Shown here in pieces: positions 35,703 through 35,996 of a stretch of 35,996 bases of DNA (positions within the stretch are counted from its first letter, which is position 1; the number at the start of each line of letters is the position of its first letter). Position numbers and translations under genes: made by a program. Origin of the DNA: Bigelowiella natans CCMP2755 (taxonomy: Eukaryota; Protista; Cercozoa); NCBI GenBank assembly GCA_000320545.1, contig ADNK01000198.1, positions 1 through 35,996 on the forward strand. The letters run 5' to 3'. The notes under the pieces were generated by a model. It ran no database searches. It had not been told where the DNA came from and saw nothing but the letters and a program-made list of their open reading frames with translations.

Positions 35703-35996
35703 ATATATATAACGCGCCTCTCTCTATTCCCCCCCTCCCCCCTCCCTTCTTCTTTATGTGTATATGTTTCGGTTATGACTATAGAGTAGGGTGCAGGCAC
35801 TATTGCAGCGGCAATCCGGATTGATCGCGAGGCTGTGTGTGTATGTAAATATAAGAGCGAGAAGAACATTGTTCAAAGAATAGCTATATTTGTCTGTTTA
35901 TATGTTAATAAAAGGGGAATAGCACGGAAAAGTGAGCGCAGGCGTTAGAACAGTATAAAGAAGGCGTACAAGATTTTCTTAAAGGTAACATCTTCA
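35347..35996. repeat. Long imperfect inverted repeat (fold-back) centred on (AT)n at ~35672, running off the window end
   Basis: 35695-35996 is the reverse complement of 35347-35650 with scattered substitutions. Confidence 0.95.

Noticed and set aside
912-35869. Most ORF-track entries (poly-L/V/S/Y/I, THTH, ERER, YIYI)
   Set aside because: They are translations of microsatellites or antisense and off-frame shadows of real exons.
1-35996. Stop-codon reassignment or non-canonical introns
   Set aside because: The conserved genes splice cleanly with GT-AG and the standard code, ending in TGA or TAA.
35347-35996. MITE or foldback transposon
   Set aside because: The arms consist of host gene exons and introns, and no element boundary or target-site duplication is visible.

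Overview
Eukaryotic nuclear DNA with dense short GT-AG introns and many microsatellites. Most ORF-track entries are simple-repeat noise, so genes were rebuilt by hand-splicing exons. Six multi-exon genes are supported: (1) a SPOC-domain protein (-, runs off the left edge); (2) an organellar, alphaproteobacterial-type methionyl-tRNA synthetase (+) with a signal peptide plus transit-like leader and a second in-frame Met, but with its HIGH-motif exons absent; (3) a NAP-family histone chaperone (-) with a bipartite-like leader ending in RLRGG; (4) a ~13 kb BET-like chromatin reader (+): unknown N-domain, coiled coil, RI-type LRRs, two bromodomains, RanBP2-type zinc finger, Tudor-like, ET, Tudor-like; (5) a Rab1/8/18-like GTPase (-) with a duplicated 3' splice site; (6) a tandem MIT-domain protein (-) cut off by a fold-back palindrome at the right edge. 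The two convergent-gene spacers are distinctive CTAG/CATG/TGCA-rich islands that share exact motifs. The leaders suggest an alga with a complex plastid and nucleomorph, such as a chlorarachniophyte (inference). All domain calls are by eye; no searches were run.
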